Positions 1 to 12,618 of a DNA stretch of 64,000 nt are shown one piece after another (position 1 is the stretch's first letter; the number at the start of each line of letters is the position of its first letter). The notes under the pieces are model-generated. The model saw only the letters and a program-made list of their open reading frames with translations, had not been told where the DNA came from and ran no database searches. The position numbers were made by a program, and so were the translations under genes. Source of the DNA: Octopus sinensis (Eukaryota); NCBI RefSeq assembly GCF_006345805.1, contig NC_043004.1, positions 3,348,001 through 3,412,000 of the forward strand, written 5' to 3'.

Positions 1-288
1 GGATTAACTATATATATATATGCCAACTTTGTGGTGTAGTATATATATATGCCTACATGTGGTGCAGCGTTTGCTTCTTGTTCGTGCATATATTTGTTTG
101 TATGTAAGCTGTTTTTTATGATGACTATTACTCTTTTACTTTCTTCGGTAACAAATTGGCCCCATAACTTATTCTCTGTAAACCTAGTACTTATTCTGTC
201 GGTCTCTTTTTGCCGAACGCTAAGTTAGGGACGTAAACACACCAGCATCGGTTGTCAAGCGATGGGGTGGACAAGTACAGACACACAA

Positions 289-361
<73 letters not shown>

Positions 362-414
362 ATCTATATATAAGTATATGAAAGAATGGAGTTGAACGAC
401 TAGTTAACAAATAT

Positions 415-508
415 CCTTTATTCTCGACATATGTTTCGAAGGCTGCATATTCCTAATTCCGAAGGAATAAGGAGTACATATGCAGATTTCTCATCAGGAA
501 AATCAAGG
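415..508 (-). ncRNA. Type I hammerhead ribozyme, family A, antisense twin
   Basis: Reverse complement of 605-699, differing by one base in the stem II internal loop. Confidence 0.82.
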
Positions 509-604
509 AACTTATGTCGACATCAAAATGCACAAAAAACGCCATGGGCTCCTTGAGAGCGGTCAGCTAAAAGTTTTTTGTGCATTTTGATGTCGACATA
601 AGTT

Positions 605-699
605 CCTTGATTTTCCTGATGAGAAATCTGCATAATGTACTCCTTATTCCTTCGGAATTAGGAATATGCAGCCTTCGAAACATATGTCGAGAATAAAGG
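605..699 (+). ncRNA. Type I hammerhead ribozyme, family A
   Basis: Stem I CCTTGATTTTC (605-615) / GAGAATAAAGG (689-699); CTGATGA 616-622; stem II GAA..CTGCATA...TATGCAG..TTC 623-676 closed by G-C; GAAA 677-680; stem III ACATATGT; GTC triplet 686-688. Confidence 0.85.
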
Positions 700-1019
700 A
701 TATTTGTTAACTAGTCGTTCAACTCCATTCTTTCATATACTTATAATTTTAAAATAAACATACAAATTTCCGCACGAAGACACGTAGTCTATGCCCTAGG
801 GACGTAGCTTCAACCGTGTTCTTTCTGATGTGAATTTGCTACCCAGGTATCGGTTACCTTTCGAATTATCCTTAATAAGATAATTCATTCAGCTACTCAA
901 AATATATATATATATACAGGCTTCTTTCAGTTTCCGTCTACCAAATCCACTCACAAGCCTTTGGTCGACCCGAGGCTATAGTAGAAGACATTTGCCCAAG
1001 GTACCACACAGCCTGCGCC

Positions 1020-1051
<32 letters not shown>

Positions 1052-1119
1052 TATATATATATATATATATTATAATATATATAATGTGCGGGGAATGGTG
1101 ATGACTCTAAATGATGGCT

Positions 1120-1325
1120 CAAGGTCAGCAATTTCGAAGAATGGGATAAGTCGATTATATCAACCCTCATGATCACCCTGTTCAAATGGTTCTTATTTTA
1201 TCGACCCCGTAAATATGTAAGGTAAAGTCGACCTCGGCGGAATTTGAACTCAGAACTTAGCGACAAGCGAAATACCGCTAAACATTTCCTCCACTGTGCT
1301 AACGATTCTTCCAGCACGCCGCCTT
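1120..1325 (-). mobile_element. tRNA-derived SINE, family 1 (AGGCGGCGAGCTGGCAGAA head)
   Basis: B-box GAGTTCAAATTCC and body GAGGTCGACTTTGCCTTTCATCC, shared with about 20 copies in the window. Confidence 0.8.
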
Positions 1326-1351
1326 AATAATAATAATGATGATAATAATAA

Positions 1352-1915
1352 ATGCCCTGATGCTGTACCAGGCTCTGGCTCTCGTGGTTTCTGATCTTAA
1401 CTGATTGGAAGTTTTATCATGTACATTGTTTTGTCTTGGTACAAAAAGATGGGCTGCAGCAAATATTCTGCTCAACATAACAGATTTGCTTGTCAGTTGG
1501 TTGACCTTAACCTGTTGCGCATGTCTCTTGTTGGCTGATGATATATGCATCTCTGATCACGAGCAGAAGTAGTGGGGGAACATCATAGCCATGTGTTGAG
1601 AGGAATTTTGGAGGGTTTGGATAATTCACCTCTGGAAACATAGGTCCTTCATTCATCATCTTTAACCCTTATTCAAAGACCATTTGAGCGGGATGGGTTA
1701 CTCGACCGGAAGAAAATTCTAACTGGTTTCCACCTGCAAGTTCATGTGCTGTTAATCTTGATATGAGATCACCATGTCGCACACATATGGTTGTGATGCA
1801 ATGTGCCTGGTGTACCCTTATCAGACGGGTAGTCATGATGGGTATACTGGGCTTCCTATATTTTACCCTAGTATCACTTTGATGGCATGCACTGCTCTCT
1901 CACTCAATAATAATA
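1352..1915 (+). mobile_element. ~560-bp non-autonomous retroelement, family 3, ending in (AAT)n
   Basis: Homologous to 31893-32370 (+) and 37638-38100 (-). TAA repeats flank both sides. Confidence 0.75.
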
Positions 1916-2722
1916 GTAATTTTTCTTTATTAATCACTCAACGTTTATATAAGAAAGATTGGGAACGGTACGAGACAATACAGTACAGATAGAGTGGTAC
2001 TGAGTCGTGTAAAAAAGGGAATAATAATGAAAATTATAACAAGTAAACCCCCTAAAGGTGGAGACTTCCGAGGGCTGTTCGTAGAAGCACCACAAAAATG
2101 AGATAACCTGATTAACTTGGACACACTTATGAAATTGTAATCTCTGTTGCACAAATGTCCTTCCGCTTCTCTTTGGCTTTTCTACCGCTACAACATTAGT
2201 CTTCCCTCTGTAATAACTGGTACCATATCACTACAGACTCGTTTCTCATCATCTTCTCACCCATCTTCTGACCACAACCCAGTTCCTCGGCACATACGCA
2301 TTCATTTCCATGTTAACACATTCCACCGTAGGACGTGACTCATAGGTCCCCCCCCTCCGCTTCTCGTCGATTTTCAGTTATTTGGGATGAGCATTAACCT
2401 GGGTCGTTCTGATCTCCTCGGAACATTGGTGAAAGAGATGACTACGGGCCGCAACACTCTAGCCCAAACCATATCATAAATGCACCAAATTCCCTTATCT
2501 AGAATGGAATTCTGACCCTTCTTAAGAACACAGCTCAGAGACACGTCGAACCAGAGTCATCTTTTACCTCCTCAACTCAGACTACAATAGATCTTTCTCC
2601 CTTAAGACTATGTACAATTCCCTTTCATATTCAGTCAATACACACACTTTACGTTCGTCTCTTCTAATCTGGTATGTGTGTGTATATATATATATGTATA
2701 TATGTGTGTGTGTGTTTGTATT

Positions 2723-2880
2723 GGCGCAGGCGCGGCTGTGAGGTAAGAAGCTTTCTTCCCAACTACATGGATGCAGGTTCGGTGACATCTTTGGCGAGTT
2801 CAGTGGTGTCTTCTACTATAGCCTCGGTCCACTTTTGTGAGAGGATTTGGCTGACGGAAACTAAAAGAAGCCCGTCGTAT
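2723..2880 (+). mobile_element. CORE-type SINE, head half
   Basis: GGCGCAGG...GAAACTAAAAGAAGCCCGTCGTATA matches the full-length copies. Confidence 0.7.
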
Positions 2881-3341
2881 ATATTCTGTGTGTTTGGTGG
2901 GGTATGTATGTATGTATACACATTGACTTTGTTTTTGTGGTGGCAAAAAAACAAAATGAAAGTACAGAGCAAAACATAATTTTGGCAATGTAGCAGGTGA
3001 AAGTTGATGGTTTCAGTCAAGCGACTGATCAAAGGCCCCATGCAGGGAATGAACCACTGTTTCTCTCAACTTACACTCGCACACTCTTTCTCTCTCTCTC
3101 TGTCTCCTTCATTTTACGGGACCTGTATGTCACCACCTTCCAGCTTCCTTTCCATCTTTCATCTGTTCCCTAGCTCTTCCATTATTTCATTGTCTCTCTT
3201 TCTCTTCCTCTCTCTCTCTCTCTCTCCATTCAACATTGTTCCACGCATTCTTTCTTTCTCTCTCCTACTTTTCCTAAGTTTTTCTCTCTCCCTTTTTCTC
3301 TGTGCGTCCCTCTTTGTCTCTTTGGCCATAACTCATTCCAT

Positions 3342-3404
<63 letters not shown>

Positions 3405-3727
3405 AACACACACACATACACATGCGCACACACATGCATACGTGTATGTATATATATATATATATATACATACACACACATACATACGTGTATGTATATA
3501 TATATATACATACGTGTATATATACATACATACATACATACATACGTGTATATATATATATACATACATACGTGTATATAATATATATATATACATACAT
3601 GCATGTGTATGTACTTACATATATATATGCATATATACACATGTATGCATATATATATATACACACATATGCACATATTTCTACATATGTGTATATATAT
3701 ACATATACATGCGCACACATATATGCA

Positions 3728-3769
<42 letters not shown>

Positions 3770-3861
3770 ATACATATACATGCACGCACATATATGCATA
3801 TATCTGTAACATGTATACATATATATATGTACATACGTACATACATATATGTGTGTCTGTG

Positions 3862-3899
<38 letters not shown>

Positions 3900-4844
3900 T
3901 ATATATATTGTCGTATGCATGTATGTATGTATATTTTTCTACCAACAATATTTTTCTCTCTACAATCAACCTTACCGCACCCCCTCTCCAACGCCCACCT
4001 TCTGCTGTTGCCATTCTTCCCACTCTACCTCTCCCCTCCACTCATTTTCTCTCTGTCTCTCACTTCTTTCTGAAGCTTATACGTAAACTCCCCGCGCCTC
4101 CACCACCACCATCAGAACTACTATTCTGTCGCCAAACCTTCACTCTTACAAATATTCTTTGCTATCTCCACTTTGCCATCTTGCAACATTTTCCGTTTGA
4201 CTTCCTATTGAACAATTCCCTTTAGACTAGTTTCGTTTCTTCACACGTCAGCAAATAGTGAGATCGGACATTGATCTCTCCCAGTGGAATGGTTGTCTGA
4301 TCCGAATAGGCAGCCTTTGCGCAGTCTGCCTCTTTCAGTCGAGGTCTTTGGGTGTTTTCTTGTCTTATTAAATGCTCGTGTTCATCTTGTGAAATGTTGG
4401 GCGGAGTTAGAAGGAGTTGTTTGGAAGCTTCTAGACCAGGCCAAGAGTTCGTGTTGGCAAGAGAACGAATGACATTGCAGGAATTGAAATGTGAGGAAAA
4501 CCTAATTTTGTCAAAGAATGGTAAACAGAAATGAAAATAGCAATGATGGGAGTATCTTAACTCTAGCACTGCCTTTACTTTTCTTTCTTTGCTATTTTTG
4601 TTTTTTTTTTTTGTTTTTTATAACCACAATCCTGAAATCAAATGACCAAATCCACTTAGATATAGGCAGGTACCAAACGATTAGAACAGACCATAATCTA
4701 AAATATCGAGGAATAGTTTATTAGCCTATAGTATTGGCTTTAATTTTTACAGTGGAGGAAGTGAGCTATGACGCACTGGAGTCTTTTCCAGGAGTTTTCT
4801 CGCCGCTTCTCTCTCCTTTTTCTTTCTAAATCTCTCTCTCTCTT

Positions 4845-4878
<34 letters not shown>

Positions 4879-5003
4879 TGCTCCGCGTTCATAAAAAGTA
4901 ACCACCGGAATTATGGATTACAATAAAAGTAGGAAATTGATCAGAAGAAATAGTAGTATAGTGTGTTTGTATATGTGTATGTATTTGTGTGTGCTTATAT
5001 TTA

Positions 5004-5346
5004 TTCATTAGACTGCGGCCATGCTGGGGCAGCATCTTGAAGAATTTCAGTGGAAGCCTAGCACTTATTCTATCGATCTCTTTGCCAAAGCGCTATGTCA
5101 CGAGGACGTAAGCACAACAACGTCGTTTGCAAACGCTGGCGGGGACAAACACAGACATTCAGACACACATACAAATATATATATACGATGAGTCTCTTTC
5201 AGTTTCCGTCTACCATATCCACTCACAAGGCTTTTATCGGTTCGAGGTTATAGAAGACACTTTCCTTAGGTGCCATGCAGTAGTATTGAAACCGGAACCA
5301 TGTAGTCGAGAAGCAAACTTCTTACCACACACCCACGCATGCGCCT
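5004..5346 (-). mobile_element. CORE-type SINE, near full length
   Basis: Homology to 19234-19646. Confidence 0.75.
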
Positions 5347-5512
5347 AATCTTTACTAATAGTTATTATTGCTTTTGTCTTGAATGTTTAGTTTTCTAGGT
5401 GACTCTTCTTGAAGCTTCTAGAAGCTACAAAACACCCATTTATACCTGGCCGATGAAGAGGTCTCTGCACACATACATACATACATATATATATGTACAC
5501 AACACACGCACG

Positions 5513-5575
<63 letters not shown>

Positions 5576-5606
5576 ATATATATATTATATATATATATAT
5601 ATATAT

Positions 5607-6029
5607 GGATCTTTTCGGGTGAACGGCAGTTTTTTCTAGCGGTGTCATATGAAATTGTCACCCATAATTATGACCCTAGTATCGATCTATTGCATTTCAA
5701 TCTGTTTTAGGGTTAGGGTTGGTTAGGGTTAGGGGTAAGGGTATCTTTTTTTTTCTTCACAAATGTAAATAAACCCAATCTGTTTCTTATACGAGGGACA
5801 TATTCATACGGTACAGAAGGTTTTTTTTACCTCAATAGACGTCACTGATTGGTTGAAATTGCAGAAATTGAAGAAAAAAAACAACAAATATCTTACAAAC
5901 TATAGAATTTTCTCAATAAAGCCAAGAGAAAAAGATGTTTTATAAACACATTCTACCAGTATACGAAGTTTAAAAGTGTTTAGTTGCGTGGAAATTATTT
6001 TCAAAAAACTGCCGTTCAAACCGAAAAGA

Positions 6030-6032
<3 letters not shown>
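5607..6032. mobile_element. MITE with ~28-bp TIRs and internal TTAGGG repeats
   Basis: GGATCTTTTCGGGTGAACGGCAGTTTTTT at the left end and AAAAAACTGCCGTTCAAACCGAAAAGATC at the right end; inserted in (TA)n; TTAGGGTTAGGGTTGGTTAGGGTTAGGGG at ~5707-5736. Confidence 0.8.
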
Positions 6033-6077
<45 letters not shown>

Positions 6078-6080
<3 letters not shown>

Positions 6081-6972
6081 GCTGACGTACTCGGTAATTC
6101 CCGGGAAAGCAGCGCTTATCCCTTGGTTCCGTTCTCATGTTTCTCTAATCCAATGACAATACAAAGTACGTAACCCTTAAAACGATTTTTGTGCATTTAC
6201 AGAGAATACCGAACTGTTTTACTCAAGATCTTGTTTTTAGGAATTCCCAATAAGTTATAAGTACCCAAATTGTAAAGTCAGTTATGTAATAACATGAAAT
6301 TAGTTAGCCGATAGTAAGAATTCAAATAAAGTAGCCCCGAAAAGGGCTTTAATGCGTTCCTAGAGTATATAGAACATAGGAGGAAATACTAATAAGGTAT
6401 TTATACTAAAATCGTGAAGCATGTTACCTAATAACAGGCTAATCAGATATGAGACAATAACAATTCAAAGTAAATAATTCTGAAAAAGGCTTTTGTGCGT
6501 TCCCTGAGAATATTACCTTCGGGTCGGTATGTTCGTGGATAAGTCACTAACCGAAATAAGTGGATCTAATGCTTAGGAAAATACTATTTACTTGTTTAAG
6601 GGTTGTACTGAATAAATTGTGAAAATTACTCTGACAGTTCAAATACTAAGAAATAAGCATACTCAATTTGATTTATACCAAATAATTTAGGAAAATGAAT
6701 TATTTCCCTTGGCTATATATAAGTATCCCTTCCAGGGGCGAATAGTTTAGTTCCCTTGGCTTTTAAAATGAAATATATTATATATATAAGGATCCCTTCT
6801 AGGGTCCCTATTATCGTTTTTTTTTCAACAATCTGAGTATGCCATGAGGTTTCCAGACATGAGCTCTACTCATATGTCAAGGTTAATCAAAATCGATTAA
6901 ACGATGTAGGAGGAGTTGGCTAATAACTCCACAAACAAACCCACAGACAGAATTTCCTTCGTATGTCGTAGA
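6078..6972 (-). mobile_element. Non-autonomous Helitron-like element
   Basis: On the minus strand: 5'-TC start, 3'-CTAG|T end and an imperfect CCCGGGAATTACCGAG hairpin ~10 nt before the end. Confidence 0.65.
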
Positions 6973-6979
6973 CATATAT

Positions 6980-7138
6980 ACGACGGTCTTTAGTTTCCGC
7001 TTACTAAATCCACTCACAAGGCTTTGTTCAACCCGAGGCTATAGTAGAAACTCTTGCCCAAGGTGCCACAGAGTGGGACTGAACATGATACCATGTGGTT
7101 GGGAAGCAAGCTTCTTACCACACAGCCATGCCTGCGCC
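6980..7138 (-). mobile_element. CORE-type SINE, head half
   Basis: Homology to the full-length copies. Confidence 0.7.
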
Positions 7139-8432
7139 TGTGTTTATGTGTGTGCCTAGACAATATATTCCTTTGTACTGGATTACTATGCGGTCTGCTA
7201 ACCGAGTCCGTTGGAGGAGTTTTCTGTGATACCCACACGATTCTATGAAACTATATATTATGCAACATTATACAACAATCGTTAGCACACCAGGTGAAAT
7301 GCTTAGCGGTTTTCCGTCTGTCTTTACGTTCTGAGTTTATATTCCGCCGAGGTCGACTTTGCCTTTCATCCTGTCGGTGTCGATATATACATACACATAG
7401 ATAGATAGATAGATACATACATACATACATACATACATATGAGAGAGAGTAGGTACTATTGAATTAACAATGTCTTACAGGTCGCTATCGATAAATTAAA
7501 CAAGAGGACAATATTGCGACTTTTAGTTGAACACTTACTTCATATACGTGTACAGATACACACCTACATGCATATATATATATTATATATATATATATTA
7601 TATATATATATATTATATATATATATATATACACATATATATACACACATTCGTATGCATGTGCACACACGTATACTTATACCTATACACAGATATATGT
7701 ACTTACATTATTACAAACATAAAAACGGTTGTCTCTCCTCTAATGACTGGTTCGATCATAGGAGCAAGTGCCGCGCCCGTGATTCGATTCAGTATTTGCA
7801 AGTTTGGAGGGATGAAATTAAAATTAAACTGCATACCGTCGCCAATACTTAAAGCAAAGTAAATTCCATTAAAAGCCTCGAAAGACCAGAGACTGGTGTA
7901 AAACCGTCTCTAACACACTAAGACTCTCTTTATCTTCAAACAGTTTCAATACAGCTTCGGCCTCTCGAGTTTCTCTCACCAAAGTTTGGCCGGTTCCATG
8001 TTGCCAGAGAAGACAGTTGTCGCTCGATGGTAACCAGCCTGGAAAGACAGAACATCACCCTGATTATATATTGTTTGTTTGTTTCTCAACTTAGAAATAG
8101 GAGAAATTTCTCTATCAACCAATATTTTTTACATTTTCCCTATCATAATCAACAATCTCCGTGTAGGTTTTCAGCAATATCATTAATCTACAGACACGCT
8201 AATATGAGATATTTTCCTTACATCGTATGAGTTAGAGTTCTATGTAGATTATCATTATCCAGGTACAGGATATCTGTATAAGGCTGCACATAAGTGCTCT
8301 GATGATCCGTTGCGGTTAAGCATTTAAATACACATGAAACATCCAATGCAGAGTTCTAAATGACCTCAATGGTGAAACGTATGTATGAACTAAATATTTA
8401 TATCGGTGTTTATCTTAATTGCCACAACGCAT

Positions 8433-8473
<41 letters not shown>

Positions 8474-8494
8474 GTGTGTGTGTGTGTGTGTATA

Positions 8495-9160
8495 CGGGGT
8501 GCGGTGAATAAATTGTCTAAAATATGCAAAAATGAAAATATCACTGACATCTCATTTTTAACAGATATATTTACCAAAATCACACAAAAATATTTCGAAA
8601 TACTAAAGAGTAAATTTATTCTATCGCCATTAGCTTCAACAACTGTCTCCAGACGACTTCAGAATATCCTGCAACTCTTCTGGACGATCTCCTTGTTTAA
8701 GTTGATGTATGCTGCCATAATCCTTGCCTTCACTTCATCTTTGGTGTTACAAGGAGTTTCGTTGGTCCCTCGCTCGAATGCACCCCACACATAATAATCA
8801 AGGGGAGTGCAGTCGCGGAAGTTAGTTGGCCAGATGTTAGGGTTGATGTGGTCGCAGAAATTGTCTGACATCCATGATTGGGTTCTCCTGCTTGTGTGAC
8901 ATGTTGCAGAGACATGTTGCCAGACAAAGAGTCTTCCGGTAGCCACCCTTCACCCAGGGCAGCACTACTTCTTCTAGGCACTTGATGTAGGCCTCCGTGT
9001 TGAGTGTAAGGTCATGTGGGAAGATGAATGGAGGCATAACACCGCCATCGCTTGTGTTCACTCCAAACTCCATGGCGTTGATTGAATCTTTGATTTTTAT
9101 CACTCTTGCTACATGTTTTGTGGACACGACAAGCCAACGGTTGTTCTGTGCGTTCAATAT
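8495..9160 (-). mobile_element. maT (DD37D) Tc1/mariner-superfamily relic: transposase C-terminus plus one TIR
   Basis: QNNRW..VMPPFIF..YIKCLEEVVLPW, then WQH(V)-37 aa-PLDYYVWG. TA|CGGGGTG terminus at 8493-8501. Frameshifted. Confidence 0.8.
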
Positions 9161-9289
9161 CTGTTCGTATTGGAGCCTCCGGTGCAAATGACAAGTCGTA
9201 CAACATGTCATTTCCAAATATCTGGCAGAGTGAATTGCGTCATGGTGCTGTCTTTCTCATAAATGGTGCCCGACTGACCTTATTATTCA

Positions 9290-9720
9290 GTTTGTTGTCC
9301 AGCACTGTATCTTGCACTACAAATCGTTCACCCCTTTTCCAGGCAGTCTTCCAGTATAGGCCCTTTTGAGTCCCAAAAATGGGTAGGCATCACCTTTCCC
9401 ACCAAAGACTTTGTCTTGAATTCCTTCGTAGCTGGCGAGCCAGGGTATTTTCACTCCATACTCTGTTTTGGATCCTGTCTCACATTTTATCTCCTGTGAC
9501 TTTTCTGCTCAAAAATTCGTCGCCCTCTTTGTCGAGTAAGCGTTGGCAGACCTTAAAGACGTTTGCGCTTGTTCTCTGCCATGAGCTCTCTTGACACCCA
9601 TCTTGCACAGACTTTATGGAAGCCGAGCTCAACGTGGATGATTTGATAGGCAGAAGCAAAACTAATCTGCAGAGAATAGCTACATCGTCGCCAGTTCACC
9701 ATTACCATTTGTCGAGCTTG
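9290..9720 (-). pseudogene. Mariner (DD34D-type) transposase fragment
   Basis: Manual translation gives LQISFASAYQIIHVELGFHKVCARWVSREL..VTGD..GKVMPTHFWDSKGPILEDCLEKG, with the WVP(R)EL and VTGDE motif regions. Contains stops and frameshifts. Confidence 0.8.
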
Positions 9721-10389
9721 TGTCTATGAGTCAGTGTGCATTTACGTTTTTCAACAAAGGTCTGTCTCATTAATTGTAAAACAAATATGACGTCGTAATG
9801 ACTCCTCATTCTAGGTGCATGGTCACATGACAAAAAAGTGTGGTGGTTGTCTTCCCAATATAAACGTTAGTCATCCAGTTTACAACTTTCCTGAATCTAT
9901 TGCATCAGTCTTCACAAGTTTATTCAGTCGCTTGCACGCTTGTGACTTGTTGATAAGAAGATATATTTTATAAATTATGCTGTGTTGTGGCGCTTATAAC
10001 GATCGTCTGTGTATGTATGCGGTTGAGTGAAAGTGTCTGGGGGTGGTTGTGTGTCTAAAATAGCTGTGTGTGTGTGTGTGTGACGGAAATGGAATGATTC
10101 GTGCGTGTGTATTTGTATGTGTCCGTCTCAGTGTATTTATACAAATGTAAATTCATTGACAAATAGAAACACACTCACACACAGACAGCGCTATATATGG
10201 ACAGAAAAAGAGAAGGGGAGGGGGAGGCTGTTTTGCAGATAATGCAGGAGGAAATGCCGATAAATGTAAAAGAGAAGGCGGTCGTTGGAAATCGAAATAA
10301 TGGCAGCATAAAGCAATGCAATGTGACTCTATCTGTGTGTATGTGTGTGTGCGCATGCACGTGTGTGTGTGTGTGTACATATGTGCGTA

Positions 10390-10432
<43 letters not shown>

Positions 10433-10529
10433 ATATATATAAGTACACATATATACATATGTAGACATGTATATATATACATGTTTATGAATATGTGTGT
10501 ATATGTACTTATACACATGCATACGTCTG

Positions 10530-10580
<51 letters not shown>

Positions 10581-10589
10581 ATATATATA

Positions 10590-10620
<31 letters not shown>

Positions 10621-10951
10621 CATACATATATGCATATATATATCCCTGAATACATGTATATAAATTATGCCTGATTTTAGCAAGTGTTTTTATCTGACAT
10701 CGTGTGTCTGTAAAATCAAATATGGCCGCATTTTGGGCGAGTAACCTTTATCAATACCACTACAAGAAGTCCCGCACTGATTATAGTCGTAATTCACATG
10801 TTTACATTTAATTAATTAATTATATGGTTGCGAATATCAAAGTATTTCGTCACACTCACATGACCCATTCGCTGATCTCTATGCATTTGTTTAGATTTCA
10901 AATGGTCAGTGCTTCGTATATGCTGACCAACCTTATCACTGTATCTCTGCA

Positions 10952-11171
10952 TGTGTGTGTGTGTGTGTGTGTGTTTGCATATGAAGTAGGTGTGTGCAAG
11001 CGCGTGTGTATTGATGCAGTGCCTGTTAGTGGTGGTAAGTGTGGTGCTGATGTGTGTGTGTGTGTGTGTGTGTTTGCATATGAAGTAGGTGTGTGCAAGC
11101 GCGTGTGTATTGATGCAGTGCCTGTTAGTGGTGGTAAGTGTGGTGCTGATGTGTGTGTGTGTGTGTGTGTA
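10952..11171. repeat. Exact 99-bp tandem duplication bounded by (GT)n
   Basis: TTTGCATATGAAGTAGG... occurs at 10974 and 11073. Confidence 0.9.
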
Positions 11172-11611
11172 ATTTTAATAAGTGTGTATTTATGTGATAG
11201 CAAAGTTCGTAGTGGTTATGTTGATTTTTGTCTATGCAGTAGTAGTAGTAATGTGTGCATCAATTTTATATGTGTGGTGTGTGTGAATGTTTGTAGAGGA
11301 GTATATGTATGAGATGTGAAGTAACAGAAGTAATGTTGGCGGTGGTGGTGGTCGATGTATTCATATTTGTAGTTTGTTTTTGTTATTGTTGTTGTTCACT
11401 CGCTGCCCAATCCCATCCAGCTGCCCTAGCATCAAAAGCGATTCCAGCCACGCCAATCCCGTCCCTTTTTTTTTTTCAAGCCCGTTTGTATCTAGAAACA
11501 CATCTTTCCAATTTGCTCTTCCCATTTTTTTTCAAAGCAACAATGAGACTAGGATGATGTCTTGTTTCTATATCTGGCAACCATATTTAGGCTCCATTTA
11601 TTGGGTCCATG

Positions 11612-11614
11612 AGA

Positions 11615-11672
<58 letters not shown>
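11612..11672. repeat. (AGT)n microsatellite
   Basis: Direct observation. Confidence 0.95.
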
Positions 11673-11676
<4 letters not shown>

Positions 11677-11904
11677 TTTATTCACTTACTCATATCGTTT
11701 GGTTTTCAGTTTTCTTGTGATGCTTGTAGCCCAGATGCTAAATATATCTATGGTTTACAACTTAGGCGCTTTCAATGCACAGGTCTCCGAGGTCCAAGTG
11801 CCTAAAAAGTGTCAGCAGAAGGGTATCCAGTAGCCATGACCTGTGCAAGAAGTAAAGGGCCGAAACACTTACCTGAGTGGCGATCCTTCTCTGAAAACCT
11901 GCTC

Positions 11905-11956
<52 letters not shown>

Positions 11957-11981
11957 ATATATATATATATATACACACATA

Positions 11982-12485
11982 CTAGCAACGCACCTTGGCG
12001 TTGCCCGTGTTATGAGCTACAGCCACATTGTATTATTTCTTCCTTTCTTATGAGCAGAATCGGCACACGATTTTTGGTCATTATCTGGTCAACAACGCTG
12101 CAGTTTCCGCCTACCATATTCAGTCACTATTCTGTGGTTGGCCTAGGGCTATAGTAGAAAGTACTTGCCTAAGGTACGATGCAGAGGGACTGAACGTGGA
12201 AAAATATGATTGGGAAGCAAACCTCTCAATCGCCCAGTTATTCTTGCACATAATGTGTGCGCGTTTGTTTATGTTCCGGCAGAGTTGCCTCCCTTCGCTA
12301 AAGACCTCAAAATTTTGCGACCCAATCTCGTTTTCAAGGTTATTTCTCTAGTAAAAAAAGAGTTGTGCACAAAACCTACTGCATTTGGTAGACGAAAGAT
12401 TACTGATTGTTTTGATATCACATATGTCAAAATCAACAGCTCGGTTTTCGAATCCATAAGGAACATACGCACGCACACAAGCTCT

Positions 12486-12490
<5 letters not shown>
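11982..12490 (-). mobile_element. Helitron-like element interrupted by a SINE fragment (~12110-12245)
   Basis: A|CTAG at 11981-11985, with the subterminal CACGGGCAACGCCAAGG hairpin remnant resembling the 44259-44639 element. Confidence 0.5.
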
Positions 12491-12548
<58 letters not shown>

Positions 12549-12618
12549 ATATATATATATATATAATATATATTATATATATATATATAATATAGAGAGG
12601 AGAGAGAGAGAGAGAGGA

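Larger units (their letters stand above)
369..745. mobile_element. Near-perfect long inverted repeat (172/173-bp arms, 32-bp spacer); Penelope-like or retrozyme-like element, HHR family A
   Basis: 369-540 is the reverse complement of 573-745, with one 1-nt indel. Each arm contains a hammerhead core. Confidence 0.85.
130..1020 (-). mobile_element. CORE-type tRNA-derived SINE (octopus OR2-like) split at its internal (TA)n/(CA)n tract: tail half ~130-300, head half 916-1020, with a ~530-bp insert between
   Basis: Both halves match the full-length copies at 19234-19646 and 54870-55282 (GAAGCCTGTCGTATA head junction; GTTTGTCCCC...GCAAAAAGAGACCGA tail). Confidence 0.8.

Noticed and set aside
3004-4086. 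360-aa ORF and the many other long Y/I/C/H-rich ORFs (for example 27462-30115, 26709-27484, 56659-57731)
   Set aside because: These are translations of (TA)n, (CA)n, (AAT)n and (CAT)n repeats, which lack stop codons. There is no protein signal.
4222-4569. 115-aa minus-strand ORF in unique sequence with two small hairpins (4263-4332)
   Set aside because: No recognisable domain. The hairpins are short and imperfect, and CTGATCC is not an HHR core.
10952-11171. 99-bp exact tandem duplication as a functional repeat or CRISPR-like array
   Set aside because: Only two units, bounded by (GT)n. Slippage or assembly artefact is the simpler explanation.
11866-11890. Perfect minus-strand splice donor CAG|GTAAGT (U1-like ACTTACCTG on the plus strand)
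   Set aside because: No usable acceptor (purine-rich upstream), and no further U1 snRNA homology.
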